Source of the DNA: Escherichia phage vB_EcoM-VpaE1
Reading direction: 5' to 3' (one strand)
Length of the DNA stretch: 64,000 nucleotides
Sequence record: KM657822
Made by a program: the position numbers and the translations under genes. Under the pieces are notes generated by a model that searched no databases, was not told the DNA's origin, and was given only the letters and a program-made list of their open reading frames with translations. Shown here piece after piece: positions 63,973-64,000 of the stretch; position 1 is the stretch's first letter; each line of letters opens with the position of its first letter.

Positions 63973-64000
63973 TTTAACAGTAAACTAAGAGGAAAGTATT

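Overview
This 64 kb window reads as a segment of a virulent tailed-phage genome (about 40% GC, contractile-tail/myovirus-like gene order); all calls are manual reading of the sequence and ORF track, with no database search run. Contents in order: (1) the 3' end of a vWA-domain gene; (2) promoters followed by a cluster of about 26 tRNA genes (1080-5917) interspersed with covarying hairpin elements, a tRNA fragment and two embedded protein genes, closed by two terminators; (3) a + strand morphogenesis module: large terminase, portal, S49 prohead protease/scaffold, decoration-like protein, major capsid, sheath/tube-like proteins, a tail chaperone pair with a -1 slippery site, tape measure, baseplate proteins and two tail fibers with His-x-His C-terminal repeats; (4) a - strand block with thymidylate synthase, DHFR, small Zn-ribbon/HTH/secreted proteins, a two-gene cassette flanked by five pentanucleotide-phased ACC repeat arrays with conserved hairpins, ATP-dependent DNA ligase, and a family A DNA polymerase interrupted by a 780 nt group I intron carrying an HNH ORF; (5) a + strand replication and nucleotide-metabolism block (dNMP kinase, T7 gp4-like primase-helicase, acidic-tail SSB, FEN-type exonuclease, MazG-like protein, nrdA/nrdB/nrdH/nrdD/nrdG, PRPP synthetase, NAMPT) peppered with free-standing HNH endonucleases. 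The most unusual, unexplained feature is the repeat-flanked two-gene cassette at 33.4-35.3 kb; the group I intron and the tRNA-cluster elements are the best-supported findings. Ends of tRNAs and regulatory sites are approximate (+/- a few nt).
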